The notes: generated by a model from the letters alone, not told the origin. Positions 1-9,252 are shown, counted from the first letter of the stretch. The stretch is 64,000 nt of DNA from an uncultured SAR86 cluster bacterium (GCA_902591665.1 CACJBO010000003.1:41129-105128), one strand, 5' to 3'. A program made the numbers and translations.

Positions 1-26
1 GTCAGCATAGAAAAGAATTGGAAGAT

Positions 27-725
27 TTATTGATCTATTAAAAAGTCGTCCATTTCTTCTAAAAACTCATCCTCAACATCTACCCCATCTTTAACTTCAT
101 AATTCAGATACTGGATATATGAATCTTTTACAAAATCATATCTATCGCCGTAAATAAGTGATTCGATTTCTAAAAGGCGCTCTCTTGTTTCAAGCGCATC
201 AATGCCCTTTAGAGCAATATTGACATCGGATTCCGTCATATGAAAAGTCACAGATAAAAATGAAGAAAATGGCCTGCTAAGAGTATCTCTAAGTGACGAT
301 GGTCCAAGAGCTGGCAGCATAATATATGGACCTGATGGTACTCCCCATAAAGCTAATGTTTGGTCAAAATCCTCTTCATGCCTTGTAAGACCCATTTTTG
401 TTGCAATATCTATAAAACCACCAAGACCGATTGTAGAATTTATAACAAAACGAGTTAAGTCATTAAGAGCGAGTTTAGGCTTTCCTTGTAAAACTTGATT
501 AACAGTGGTTTCAACTTCTTCTAAATTATTAAAAAAATTAGTAACACCTTTTTTTATTGGCTTTGGTGCTTTTGAATATGTTTGGGCAACAGGTTTTAAA
601 AAATTTCGGTCTAAAGATTCATTAAACTCAAAAGTAACTCTATTTATATCCTCAAAGGGATCATTTATATCTTCTGCATACAGCGAGGAACTGAATAAAA
701 TAAATATTAAAAAGTAACCTCTCAT
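27..725 (-). CDS. mlaA: MlaA/VacJ family outer-membrane lipid-asymmetry protein
   Basis: 232-aa ORF. A signal sequence is followed by the DPFEDINR..F.FN..LD..LKPVA..Y and STIGLGGFIDIA blocks typical of VacJ/MlaA. Confidence 0.8.
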   Translation of the reverse strand: MRGYFLIFILFSSSLYAEDINDPFEDINRVTFEFNESLDRNFLKPVAQTYSKAPKPIKKGVTNFFNNLEEVETTVNQVLQGKPKLALNDLTRFVINSTIGLGGFIDIATKMGLTRHEEDFDQTLALWGVPSGPYIMLPALGPSSLRDTLSRPFSSFLSVTFHMTESDVNIALKGIDALETRERLLEIESLIYGDRYDFVKDSYIQYLNYEVKDGVDVEDEFLEEMDDFLIDQ

Positions 726-732
726 CTCTTAA

Positions 733-1425
733 TTATACAAGCGATCTGATAAGGCTAGATATAGCTTTAAATGAAATATGTGTTTTATTAGGATCAAAAT
801 TATAAATATCGTTACTAAAATCAATTGTTGCTAATTTTTCAATTTTAAATTTTGTAATTAAATCAAAATTATTAGTAAATTTATTATCTGAAATATTATT
901 TTCAATGTAGCCAAGAATATCTATATCTAGTTTATTAAATAGCTCAATAGATCTAATCATGTCATGTTGTGCTAATTTATTTGGTGTTGATACCAGTATT
1001 GAGTGATCAGGTTTTATTTCAGATGCAATAGTTAAGTATGCATCTCCTGTTCCTGGGGGCATGTCAACAAACAATATATCTAGATCACCCCAATCAGTTG
1101 AATGGATCAATTGTTTTATAGCTCCACTTAACATAGGTCCTCTCCAAAGTGCTGCTTTTTCTGAATCCAATATTAGTCCCATAGAGTTTATTAATACTCC
1201 GCTTGCCTCAACGGGTTTAAATAACTTCTTCTCATTTTTTTTAATAATTTGGAGTTTTGTGTTATCTATTTCAAATAAAAGGTGTTGGTTTGGACCATAA
1301 ATATCTGCATCCAGTAAGCCAACTTTATAGCTCTTTGCTGCCTCTATAGCCAGACCTGCAGTTATTGAGCTTTTGCCTACTCCTCCTTTTGCAGATGCTA
1401 TAGCAAATATTTTCTTAATGGTCAT
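733..1425 (-). CDS. mrp: Mrp/ApbC-like P-loop ATPase (MinD/ParA superfamily), short cysteine-free form
   Basis: Deviant Walker A AIASAKGGVGKSS, DADIYGP and DMPPGTGD blocks. It is divergent from metG, as in E. coli. I prefer the internal ATG at 1425 (MTIKKIFAIAS) because the longest ORF (to 1470) overlaps the metG start. Confidence 0.8.
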   Translation of the reverse strand: MTIKKIFAIASAKGGVGKSSITAGLAIEAAKSYKVGLLDADIYGPNQHLLFEIDNTKLQIIKKNEKKLFKPVEASGVLINSMGLILDSEKAALWRGPMLSGAIKQLIHSTDWGDLDILFVDMPPGTGDAYLTIASEIKPDHSILVSTPNKLAQHDMIRSIELFNKLDIDILGYIENNISDNKFTNNFDLITKFKIEKLATIDFSNDIYNFDPNKTHISFKAISSLIRSLV

Positions 1426-1460
1426 ATGAGATGCTTTTTCACATATAATACAGCTTATAT

Positions 1461-3419
1461 ATGAGCTCAACTACAGCTAAAGGCAGAAAAATAATAATTA
1501 CTCAGGCTTTGCCTTATGCAAATGCCTCGCTACATCTTGGGCATATTCTTGAAGCTGTTCAATCAGATATTTGGTCAAGATTCCAAAATAACTCTGGTAA
1601 CGAGTGTTTATTCTTTTGTGCTGATGATACTCATGGCACTCCAGTTATGCTTAAAGCAAAAGAAATGGGTATTTCTCCAGAAAAACTTATTAAAGATATT
1701 CAAAAAGATCATGAAGAAACTTATAAACTTTATGATATTAACTTTACAAATTATCACTCAACTCACTCAGAGGAAAATAAGAAATACTCAGAGCTTATCT
1801 ATTCAAAGGCAAAAAATAACGGTTTTATTACAAGAAATACTATTAATCAATTATTTGATGAAAGTGAATCAATGTTCTTGTCTGATAGATTTGTTAAAGG
1901 CACATGTCCAAAGTGTGGTGCTGAAGATCAACATGGTGACAACTGTAGTGTATGTGGTGCTACTTACGATGTAAGTGAAATAAAAGACCCTATATCAGTA
2001 ATTTCAAACACCAAGCCAATTAATAAAGAAAGTGAACATTTATTTTTTGATCTACCAAAGAAAATTGATGCTTTAAAAGAATTCCTTTCAAATGGCGATT
2101 TACAAAAACCTATAACCAATAAATTAAACGAATGGTTAAATGATGATCTCCAACAATGGGATATTTCACGTGATGCTCCATATTTTGGTTTTGAAATACC
2201 AGGTGAAGATAATAAATATTTTTATGTATGGTTAGATGCCCCAATTGGATACATAGCTTCTATTGATAATTGGGCTGCAAAAAATAAACTAGATATGAGT
2301 ACTTTATGGTCAGAGAACTCTGATTATGAAATTTATCATTTTATAGGTAAAGACATTGCTTACTTTCATGGCTTATTTTGGCCAGCCCTATTAAGTGCGG
2401 CAAATTTTAAAATACCAAACGGTATTTATGTTCATGGATTCTTGACTATCAATGGTGAGAAGATGTCAAAATCTAAAGGTACAGGAATTATGGCAAAAGA
2501 ATTTGCAGAAATTTGCGATCCTGAAACCTTAAGATATTATTTTGCTGCAAAATTGAATGACAAGGTTGAAGATATAGATCTTAATTTTGAAGATTATGTT
2601 CAAAGAATAAACTCAGACCTTGTTGGTAAATATTTAAATATTGCTAGCAGATGCTCATCCTTTATAGCAAAAAATGATAATAAGTTATCAGAAACATATG
2701 ATCTTGATTTAATTCAAAAAGTTTCAAGTCAACATGAATCGATAATAGAACATTTTGAAAGAAGAAATTTCTCTAAAGCTGTAAGACTGATTATGGATTT
2801 GGCAGATATTACCAATAAATATATAAACGACAATACGCCTTGGAAAAAAGATAAAGATGAGGCTGCATATATTGCCACAACAGCTCTTAATGCATTTAAT
2901 ATCTTAACTATTTATCTGAGTCCAATTATTCCAAAAATAACTCAAGAAGCTTTCAAATTTCTAAATCAAACCAACCAATCCTTTGATGATGTTGAAAAAA
3001 AACTTGAGAAAGACATTAATAAATATAAACCACTATTAAAAAGACTAGACCCTATTATTATCCCTGAGGAAAAAGAAATGACCGAAGAAAATAACTATAT
3101 TAATATCGATCAATTTGCAGAAATTGATTTACGAGTCGCAAAGATTGTTGAAGCGTCACTTGTTGAAGGAGCTGATAAACTACTTCAACTTAAACTAGAT
3201 GTTGGCGAGTTAGGTAAAAGAAATGTATTTGCTGGAATAAAAGCAGCATACAGCCCTGATGAATTAATTGATAAAATGGTTGTATTGGTAAGCAATCTAG
3301 CTCCTAGACAAATGAAGTTCGGTTTATCAGAGGGAATGGTTTTAGCCTCAAGTGATGATAAAGGTATATATTTAATTTCTCCAGATTCTGGAGCTGTTCC
3401 TGGTTTAAGGGTTAAGTAA
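1461..3419 (+). CDS. metG: methionine--tRNA ligase with C-terminal tRNA-binding domain
   Basis: 652 aa. HLGH (class I HIGH variant), zinc knuckle [23 protein letters not shown], and a C-terminal EMAP/Trbp111-like domain ([11 protein letters not shown]...). Confidence 0.97.
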   Translation: MSSTTAKGRKIIITQALPYANASLHLGHILEAVQSDIWSRFQNNSGNECLFFCADDTHGTPVMLKAKEMGISPEKLIKDIQKDHEETYKLYDINFTNYHSTHSEENKKYSELIYSKAKNNGFITRNTINQLFDESESMFLSDRFVKGTCPKCGAEDQHGDNCSVCGATYDVSEIKDPISVISNTKPINKESEHLFFDLPKKIDALKEFLSNGDLQKPITNKLNEWLNDDLQQWDISRDAPYFGFEIPGEDNKYFYVWLDAPIGYIASIDNWAAKNKLDMSTLWSENSDYEIYHFIGKDIAYFHGLFWPALLSAANFKIPNGIYVHGFLTINGEKMSKSKGTGIMAKEFAEICDPETLRYYFAAKLNDKVEDIDLNFEDYVQRINSDLVGKYLNIASRCSSFIAKNDNKLSETYDLDLIQKVSSQHESIIEHFERRNFSKAVRLIMDLADITNKYINDNTPWKKDKDEAAYIATTALNAFNILTIYLSPIIPKITQEAFKFLNQTNQSFDDVEKKLEKDINKYKPLLKRLDPIIIPEEKEMTEENNYINIDQFAEIDLRVAKIVEASLVEGADKLLQLKLDVGELGKRNVFAGIKAAYSPDELIDKMVVLVSNLAPRQMKFGLSEGMVLASSDDKGIYLISPDSGAVPGLRVK

Positions 3420-4459
3420 TGGCTAAAGAAATTGACATTGTTGTAGTCGGCGCTGGTCCAGTTGGGCTTTTTACAGTTTTTGAGGCAGGACTTCTAGGTT
3501 TGAATTGTGTTCTTATAGATAATCTCGATAAGCCCGGCGGTCAATGCGCTGAACTTTATCCAGAAAAACCAATCTATGATATTCCTGGAGTACCCTTTCA
3601 GACTGCTCAAGAACATGTCGATGCTTTGTTAGAACAAATCAAGCCATTTAATTATGAGCTAATACTTAATGAAAGAGTTGAAGAAATAACTGAAATTGAT
3701 CATAAAGATGATAAATACTGGTCTGTTACCACTAATGAGGGCACTAAACTAACTACAAAAAATATTTTTATAGCAGCTGGTGCTGGATCTTTTGAGCCAA
3801 GAAGACCTCCTAATATAGAAGATCCTGATAAATTTATTAATAAGGGCGTTACCTATGCTGTGCGCTCAAAATCAACATATGAAAATAAAGATGTCTTTAT
3901 ATTTGGCGGCGGTGATTCAGCTCTTGACTGGTGTGTTGAATTGGCTGAGAAAGCAAAATCTTTATCACTGGTTCACAGAAGAGACGCTTTTAGAGGAGCT
4001 CAGCATACAGAGGAACAAATGCGTGAATTGGTTGCTGCTGGGAAGGTAAAGCTTCTTACTCCATATTTAATTGATAGTATTGAAGGTTCAGATAAAGTAA
4101 CGGGAGTATCATTAAAGAACTTTGATACTAATGAAATAGAACATTATGAAGCTGATGAACTTCTGTTTCTATTTGGTTTAAATAAAAAGTTAGGTCCTAT
4201 CCTTGAATGGAATATAGATCTAAATGGTAAAAAAATATCTGTAAATACTGAAAATTTTCAAACATCTGTGGAAGGTATATTTGCAGTAGGAGATATTAAC
4301 GATTATCCAGGAAAACTAGACCTAATCTTATCTGGTTTTCATGAGACAACACTAGCAGTTCAAGAGGCTTACAAAAGGCTATACCCTGGTGAGCGAGTGC
4401 CATTTGGATACACAACTTCAAATTCAAAACTTCAAGAGAAACTTGGCGTCAAAAAGTAA
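3419..4459 (+). CDS. ferredoxin--NADP+ reductase, thioredoxin-reductase-like type
   Basis: 346 aa. N-terminal VVVGAGPVG Rossmann motif, a second GGGDSALDW motif, and a C-terminal GDI..YPGKL block typical of TrxR-type FNR. Its start overlaps the metG stop (TAATG). Confidence 0.8.
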   Translation: MAKEIDIVVVGAGPVGLFTVFEAGLLGLNCVLIDNLDKPGGQCAELYPEKPIYDIPGVPFQTAQEHVDALLEQIKPFNYELILNERVEEITEIDHKDDKYWSVTTNEGTKLTTKNIFIAAGAGSFEPRRPPNIEDPDKFINKGVTYAVRSKSTYENKDVFIFGGGDSALDWCVELAEKAKSLSLVHRRDAFRGAQHTEEQMRELVAAGKVKLLTPYLIDSIEGSDKVTGVSLKNFDTNEIEHYEADELLFLFGLNKKLGPILEWNIDLNGKKISVNTENFQTSVEGIFAVGDINDYPGKLDLILSGFHETTLAVQEAYKRLYPGERVPFGYTTSNSKLQEKLGVKK

Positions 4460-4464
4460 GTAAA

Positions 4465-5139
4465 TTGGAATTAATTAACTTAATACACAAAGAGTTACCT
4501 CAAATACAATGCGGTAGATGTGATACACCGGGTTGTAAACAATATGCTCAAGCAATTGTAGATGGTGGTCCTCATGACAGATGTGTGCCAGGTGGTGAAA
4601 AAACACTTAAAAATCTCAACAGCATTTTAAAAAAGAATATTAAGAAAGTTGATATTGAATACGGTCCAACGATTAAGGAACAAAAAGTTTCTATTATTGA
4701 GGAAGAATGTATTGGTTGTAAGAAATGTATTGATGCATGCCCTGTTGATGCAATTGCAGGTTCTGCAAACATGATGCACTCTATCATTGATGATATTTGT
4801 ACAGGATGTGAGCTTTGCATTGAGCCTTGTCCAGTAGATTGTATAGAAATAGTCTCTACTTCAACCAAATCAATCAAAAAAGCAAGGGATGCTTCTCAAT
4901 ACTTTTTTGATCTTAAAGAATCTCTTGGTAGGGATAAAAAAAGATCTAAGTTAAAAAATTTTTCAGATAAAAATCTTAATATTAGTAAAACAATAAACAC
5001 GCAAATCACCAATAGAAATATAGATAAATCCAAGAATCTCAAAAATATGCAAATTCACATAGCACAAAAAGATTTAAAGAGTATTCATGAATTAACAGAT
5101 GATGCTGTAAATGATCTTATTAAAAACAAATCTGACTGA
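4465..5139 (+). CDS. soluble RnfB-type iron-sulfur ferredoxin (no N-terminal membrane anchor)
   Basis: LPQIQCGRCDTPGCKQYAQAI...CVPGG (RnfB-type 4Fe-4S/putative Fe-S domain) plus two CxxCxxCxxxCP ferredoxin motifs. Apparent TTG start, and a K/N-rich C-terminal tail. Confidence 0.7.
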   Translation: MELINLIHKELPQIQCGRCDTPGCKQYAQAIVDGGPHDRCVPGGEKTLKNLNSILKKNIKKVDIEYGPTIKEQKVSIIEEECIGCKKCIDACPVDAIAGSANMMHSIIDDICTGCELCIEPCPVDCIEIVSTSTKSIKKARDASQYFFDLKESLGRDKKRSKLKNFSDKNLNISKTINTQITNRNIDKSKNLKNMQIHIAQKDLKSIHELTDDAVNDLIKNKSD

Positions 5140-5720
5140 TGCTTAAAGATAGATTTAGAAAATATTTACCAGTTGTTGTTGATCTTGAAACTGGTGGATT
5201 TGATCCTCTCAATAATGCCATCCTTGAAATTGCTATTACTCTTATTGAAGAAGAAGATAAACAATTGGTTGTGGGCGAGACTCATAGATATCATATACAA
5301 CCCTATCAAGGACTAATAGTTGAAGATGAATCTCTTGAATTTACTAAAATTAAATTAGATCACCCATTAAGAAATGCAGTAGAAGAAGAAGTTGCCCTAA
5401 AAGAACTATTTAAAATAATTAATCAAACAAAAAATAAATATGAATGTTCAAGAGCAATTTTAGTTGGTCATAATGCTCACTTCGACAGTTCGTTTTTAAA
5501 TGCTGCAATTGAACGAAACGATATCAAGAGATCACCCTTTCATCCATTTTCAGTTCTAGATACCGTAACGCTTGGTGCTCTTGCTACCAACCAAACTGTA
5601 TTAGCTAGAATATGTGAGTTATTAGATATCGATTATGATTCAAAGGAAGCTCATTCAGCAGCATACGATTCAGATGTTACTGCTAGAGTATTTTGTAAAA
5701 TAATAAATAAATACAGCTAA
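5139..5720 (+). CDS. rnt: ribonuclease T (DEDDh 3'-5' exoribonuclease)
   Basis: 193 aa. YLPVVVDLETGGFDP (ExoI), LVGHNAHFDSSFL (ExoII) and HSAAYDSD (ExoIII). Its start overlaps the upstream stop (TGATG). Confidence 0.9.
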   Translation: MLKDRFRKYLPVVVDLETGGFDPLNNAILEIAITLIEEEDKQLVVGETHRYHIQPYQGLIVEDESLEFTKIKLDHPLRNAVEEEVALKELFKIINQTKNKYECSRAILVGHNAHFDSSFLNAAIERNDIKRSPFHPFSVLDTVTLGALATNQTVLARICELLDIDYDSKEAHSAAYDSDVTARVFCKIINKYS

Positions 5721-6031
5721 CTGGTTACTTCTTGAATAGCTTTTAGCAAGTCACCAGAGGCGTGCATTTGGGCTACTATGTCAGCGCCACCGATTAATTC
5801 ACCTTTTATAAATACCTGAGGAAAAGTTGGCCAATCTGAAACAGAAGGTAATGCAGTTCTAACATCATTGTTTTCAATTACATCGACGTATGAAAACTGT
5901 GCATCACACTCTATTAAAGCTTGAACTGTACGAGCAGAAAAACCACATTGAGGCTCATAAGGAGTTCCCTTCATATAAATTAAAATATCATTATCTTTAA
6001 TTTGCTGTTTTAATTTTTCTTCTATTGTCAT
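5717..6031 (-). CDS. grxD: monothiol glutaredoxin (Grx4 family)
   Basis: 104 aa. CGFS active site (PQCGFS), WPTFPQ..I.GELIGG.DI. Confidence 0.9.
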   Translation of the reverse strand: MTIEEKLKQQIKDNDILIYMKGTPYEPQCGFSARTVQALIECDAQFSYVDVIENNDVRTALPSVSDWPTFPQVFIKGELIGGADIVAQMHASGDLLKAIQEVTS

Positions 6032-6033
6032 GT

Positions 6034-6798
6034 TTATCCCTTAATAACCTCTATATACCTCTTTATAGTGTCTTCAAAGCCATAATTCAAGGCATCAACT
6101 ACAATTGCATGACCGATAGATACCTCATTTACACCACCTATTTTTACTAAATGAGGTAAATTAATTAAATTCAAATCATGTCCCGCATTAACCATTAAAT
6201 TTTTATCTTTTGCGGTATAGATTAATTCTTCTAATTTAGTATTAATAGTTAAATCATTTAAATCGATTAACTTTGAAAATTCACCAGTATGTACTTCAAT
6301 AGTATTGGCACCAACCCTAAGCGCATAATCTATAGCATCTAAATTTGTATTATTATTTTTTAAATTATCTACAAACAAACTGATCGATGTATTTTTACAA
6401 AGATCATTCAAATTGCTTATTACATTAATTAAATCATCATCATGATCACCACTCTCCCAGCCATGATCTGAAGTTATCTGATTTGGTAGATCTGGAACAA
6501 GAGTGGCTTGGTCTGGCTGACATGTATTTACTAAGTTTACATAGCCCTGAAAAGAATCTGCAGGCTCGGAAAAAGGATTACCTTCAATATTGAACTCTAC
6601 ATCTCTTTCTTTACATATTTTACTCAATGAAATTACATCTTCACTGGTTGCATGTCTGTGATCCGGCCTTGGATGTAAAGTGAGACCATCAACACCAAGA
6701 TCAATTGCATAATTAGCATAATCCTCTAAAGAAGGATTATTTTCTCCTCTAGCGTTTCTTAATAAAGCAATTTTGTTTAAATTTAAGCTGAATTTCAT
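6034..6798 (-). CDS. pdxJ: pyridoxine 5'-phosphate synthase
   Basis: 254 aa. LNKIALLRNARG at the N-terminus, HPRPDHRH, and a C-terminal EVSIGHAI block typical of PdxJ. Confidence 0.85.
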   Translation of the reverse strand: MKFSLNLNKIALLRNARGENNPSLEDYANYAIDLGVDGLTLHPRPDHRHATSEDVISLSKICKERDVEFNIEGNPFSEPADSFQGYVNLVNTCQPDQATLVPDLPNQITSDHGWESGDHDDDLINVISNLNDLCKNTSISLFVDNLKNNNTNLDAIDYALRVGANTIEVHTGEFSKLIDLNDLTINTKLEELIYTAKDKNLMVNAGHDLNLINLPHLVKIGGVNEVSIGHAIVVDALNYGFEDTIKRYIEVIKG

Positions 6799-6824
6799 GT
6801 GCTAATTATAAATTATTAAGTGAA

Positions 6825-7589
6825 CTAGAAACGATATAAGTCTTCGTCTTTGTTAACTATTAAATCATAGGCGTTATTAACGGAATAATTTGATCTATCA
6901 AACCCTTTGATTATGACTACAGGCTTCATGTCATTGCCTTGGCCCATCAATAACCCAGCAGCGGCAGCTAATTCATCAGCAATGGCAATTTCTGTAGCAT
7001 GCAATGTATTTCCAAAAATATCTTCCTCACCCTTTAAATCTATAAGACTCTGAATGTTAGAACTGGCAATTGCAAAATTCGTTACTCCAGATCTATATGG
7101 CCTAGTCATCGAATCAGTGATTATTACACTGATATTTTTACCTATCTGTGTATTTATTTGGGTTTGAATATCATTTGCACTTTTTTTTGGATTCTCTGGC
7201 AGCAAAAGTACAAGATCGTTATTTTTTGAAATGTTAGATCTATCTATGCCAGCATTAATGTTTATGTACCCAAGTTTATGCTCAACAATAATTACATTTT
7301 TTTCAGTACTTAATATCTCATTAGATTCATCTAAAATGAGCTGTATGAATGCTGGATCTCTACCTAGTCTCTTTCCTAATTTTAAAGCTTTTTCTGAAGG
7401 GTTAATTTCTGATAAATTTTTAAATCTATTTTCTGATTTTGAGATAATTTTTTGTGCAAGAAGAATCACATCTCCATCATCAATAGTAATATCATTATCC
7501 TCGATAGAATCTAAAATAATGGAACTTAAGTTATCACCTGGATTAATTAGGGGAAACTCCTCTAAAGCTCTTATAGATAAATGGTTCAT
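6825..7589 (-). CDS. CofE-like protein (F420-0:gamma-glutamyl ligase family fold)
   Basis: 254 aa. GD...LAQKIISKSE, NAGID.SN and ITDS..RP.R.G blocks of the CofE/FbiB N-domain family. No other F420 genes are in the window. Confidence 0.65.
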   Translation of the reverse strand: MNHLSIRALEEFPLINPGDNLSSIILDSIEDNDITIDDGDVILLAQKIISKSENRFKNLSEINPSEKALKLGKRLGRDPAFIQLILDESNEILSTEKNVIIVEHKLGYININAGIDRSNISKNNDLVLLLPENPKKSANDIQTQINTQIGKNISVIITDSMTRPYRSGVTNFAIASSNIQSLIDLKGEEDIFGNTLHATEIAIADELAAAAGLLMGQGNDMKPVVIIKGFDRSNYSVNNAYDLIVNKDEDLYRF

Positions 7590-7670
7590 AATCGTTTAAT
7601 CAACATATTTTTAAGCGATTACAATAGCACATATATATTCTAAATAAATCCTATTGTATACTGCAGAATT

Positions 7671-7841
7671 ATGACCATATTAGATCAAAAATTACTGGAT
7701 ATACTTGTATGTCCCGTTTCAAAAAAACCTCTTGAGTATGACAAAGAGGCCAATGAACTAATTTCTAAAGAAGCTGGACTAGCCTACCCTGTAAAAGATG
7801 GTATTCCTGTTATGCTTCCTGATGAGGCCCGCAAACTTTAA
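7671..7841 (+). CDS. Trm112/YcaR (UPF0434) family small protein
   Basis: 56-aa ORF, too short for the ORF track. [14 protein letters not shown]...[18 protein letters not shown] matches the YcaR/Trm112 signature. Confidence 0.75.
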   Translation: MTILDQKLLDILVCPVSKKPLEYDKEANELISKEAGLAYPVKDGIPVMLPDEARKL

Positions 7842-7846
7842 TAAAA

Positions 7847-7923
7847 GCGCCCGTAGCTCAGCTGGATAGAGTACTTGGCTACGAACCAAGGGGTCGGGAG
7901 TTCGAATCTCTCCGGGCGCGCCA
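7847..7923 (+). tRNA. tRNA-Arg (anticodon ACG)
   Basis: 77 nt and folds as a cloverleaf. 7-bp acceptor GCGCCCG/CGGGCGC, anticodon arm cttgg-ctACGaa-ccaag, T-loop TTCGAAT, encoded CCA. Confidence 0.95.
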
Positions 7924-8826
7924 CTATTCAATAATCATTAAATCTTTTGCTAATAGAACTTTGCCTGAAAAATTTAGGCTTATGTCATCCAAGATAGACT
8001 TTTCCGATGCTCCCCAAAATAAAATATGCGATGGCACTAAGGTTTTTGGGTTGAGTTCTTTAGCTAAAATGCCCAAATCTATAGATGAGGTATGATGCGC
8101 CCTATGATAAATCTTCCAATCATCAGTCTTTGATTTAAAGCCTTCGCTTGAATAAACTTCATGAACAAGAATATCAACTTCTTTAGCGTATCTTTTTAGA
8201 TTATCGCTTATTGCTGTATCACCTGAAAAAACTATTTTTTTATCTTCTGTTTCAAAAAGATAACCAAAACTTTCTTTTAAATCACCATGATTATTATAAA
8301 AAGCAGTGACAGTTACATTTATATCTTTGAAGATGACCCCTTCCTCTATTTCTTTGACTATTGATACAAAACCTTTCTTGTTTGCTGGCTGGGTTCCGTA
8401 TAACCTGTAGTCAATATCTAATTTGTATGCTTCAGTTATATTTGTGACCATATCCTTCAAGCCCTTTGGACCAAATAATTTAAGTTCTTTGTCTCTGCCC
8501 ATAACCCAAGGAGATAGAATTAAATCAGCCAAACCCCCAGAATGATCTGAATGAATATGAGTTAAGAATGCATGTTCAATGTTAGCTATTTCCATCTGTA
8601 TGAATTGTCCGCCGTATGAAGGCGACATTGCAGATGCCCTTCTCATAACTCCAGGACCAAAATCAACTAAATAGGCACTTTTATTAACTACAACTGCATA
8701 AGATGAACCATATCTTTCAGGATCTGGATTAGGTGTACCAGAACCTAAAATAATTAATTTAGTATCAGAAAATGTATTTAATGATAAAAATAGAACGGAG
8801 AGAATGTAATACTTTTTAGACAGAAT
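7924..8826 (-). CDS. secreted MBL-fold metallo-hydrolase (RNase Z/ElaC-like); start codon non-canonical or unresolved
   Basis: HIHSDH (HxHxDH) motif. The tracked ORF starts at 8646, but the same frame stays open upstream and encodes a signal peptide plus the conserved LIILGSGTPNPDPERYGSSYAVVV block. There is no ATG/GTG/TTG there; ATT (8826) or CTG (8823) are the candidate starts. Confidence 0.7.
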   Translation of the reverse strand: MLSKKYYILSVLFLSLNTFSDTKLIILGSGTPNPDPERYGSSYAVVVNKSAYLVDFGPGVMRRASAMSPSYGGQFIQMEIANIEHAFLTHIHSDHSGGLADLILSPWVMGRDKELKLFGPKGLKDMVTNITEAYKLDIDYRLYGTQPANKKGFVSIVKEIEEGVIFKDINVTVTAFYNNHGDLKESFGYLFETEDKKIVFSGDTAISDNLKRYAKEVDILVHEVYSSEGFKSKTDDWKIYHRAHHTSSIDLGILAKELNPKTLVPSHILFWGASEKSILDDISLNFSGKVLLAKDLMIIE

Positions 8827-9205
8827 GAAGTTTTTGTTGAGGAATAGAATTTTTAATTCCTGTTACATTATTTTCTTTATCGAAATAAACAAGGGTTGGT
8901 TTGTGCTTAGCAGACTCAGCTTCATCAAATTCACCATACGTACAAATTATAACAATATCATTTAAAGATACTTTGTGCGCTGCTGCTCCATTAACTGATA
9001 AAGTTTTTGATCCTGGCTCAGCTAAAATTAAATACGTAGAAAATCTTTCACCATTTGTTACATTGTATACATCTACTCTCTCATATTCCTGCATCCCTGC
9101 AGCATCTAGAAAGTTTTGATCAACAGCACATGAGCCCTCATAGTCAAGCTCAACTTGAGTGACGTTGATACGATGTAGCTTTGATTTGAGTAATGTTTTT
9201 AACAT
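8816..9205 (-). CDS. panD: aspartate 1-decarboxylase
   Basis: 129 aa. KSKLHR..VT...L.YEGSCA with the self-processing Gly-Ser site. Confidence 0.95.
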   Translation of the reverse strand: MLKTLLKSKLHRINVTQVELDYEGSCAVDQNFLDAAGMQEYERVDVYNVTNGERFSTYLILAEPGSKTLSVNGAAAHKVSLNDIVIICTYGEFDEAESAKHKPTLVYFDKENNVTGIKNSIPQQKLHSV

Positions 9206-9252
9206 AACGATGCGAAGTATAAGTAATTATTTAGGATATTTAAAGGATATAG

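Noticed and set aside
1426-1470. Apparent 10-nt overlap of divergent mrp and metG coding starts.
   Set aside because: It is resolved by using the internal ATG at 1425 (MTIKKIFAIAS...), which gives the normal distance to the Walker A motif. The extra 15 codons ([15 protein letters not shown]) are probably not translated.
1516-1974. 152-aa plus-strand ORF inside metG. Similar long shadow ORFs lie at 505-717, 7231-7599, 40899-41321, 41255-41518, 45279-45812 and 55824-56093.
   Set aside because: They lie out of frame or antisense within genes that have strong family signatures. Their compositions are low-complexity (Leu/Ile/Ser/Phe-rich) as expected from AT-rich antisense translation, and they carry no motifs. 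ORF 55824-56093 overlaps the candidate sRNA promoter and the 3' end of the MBL gene.
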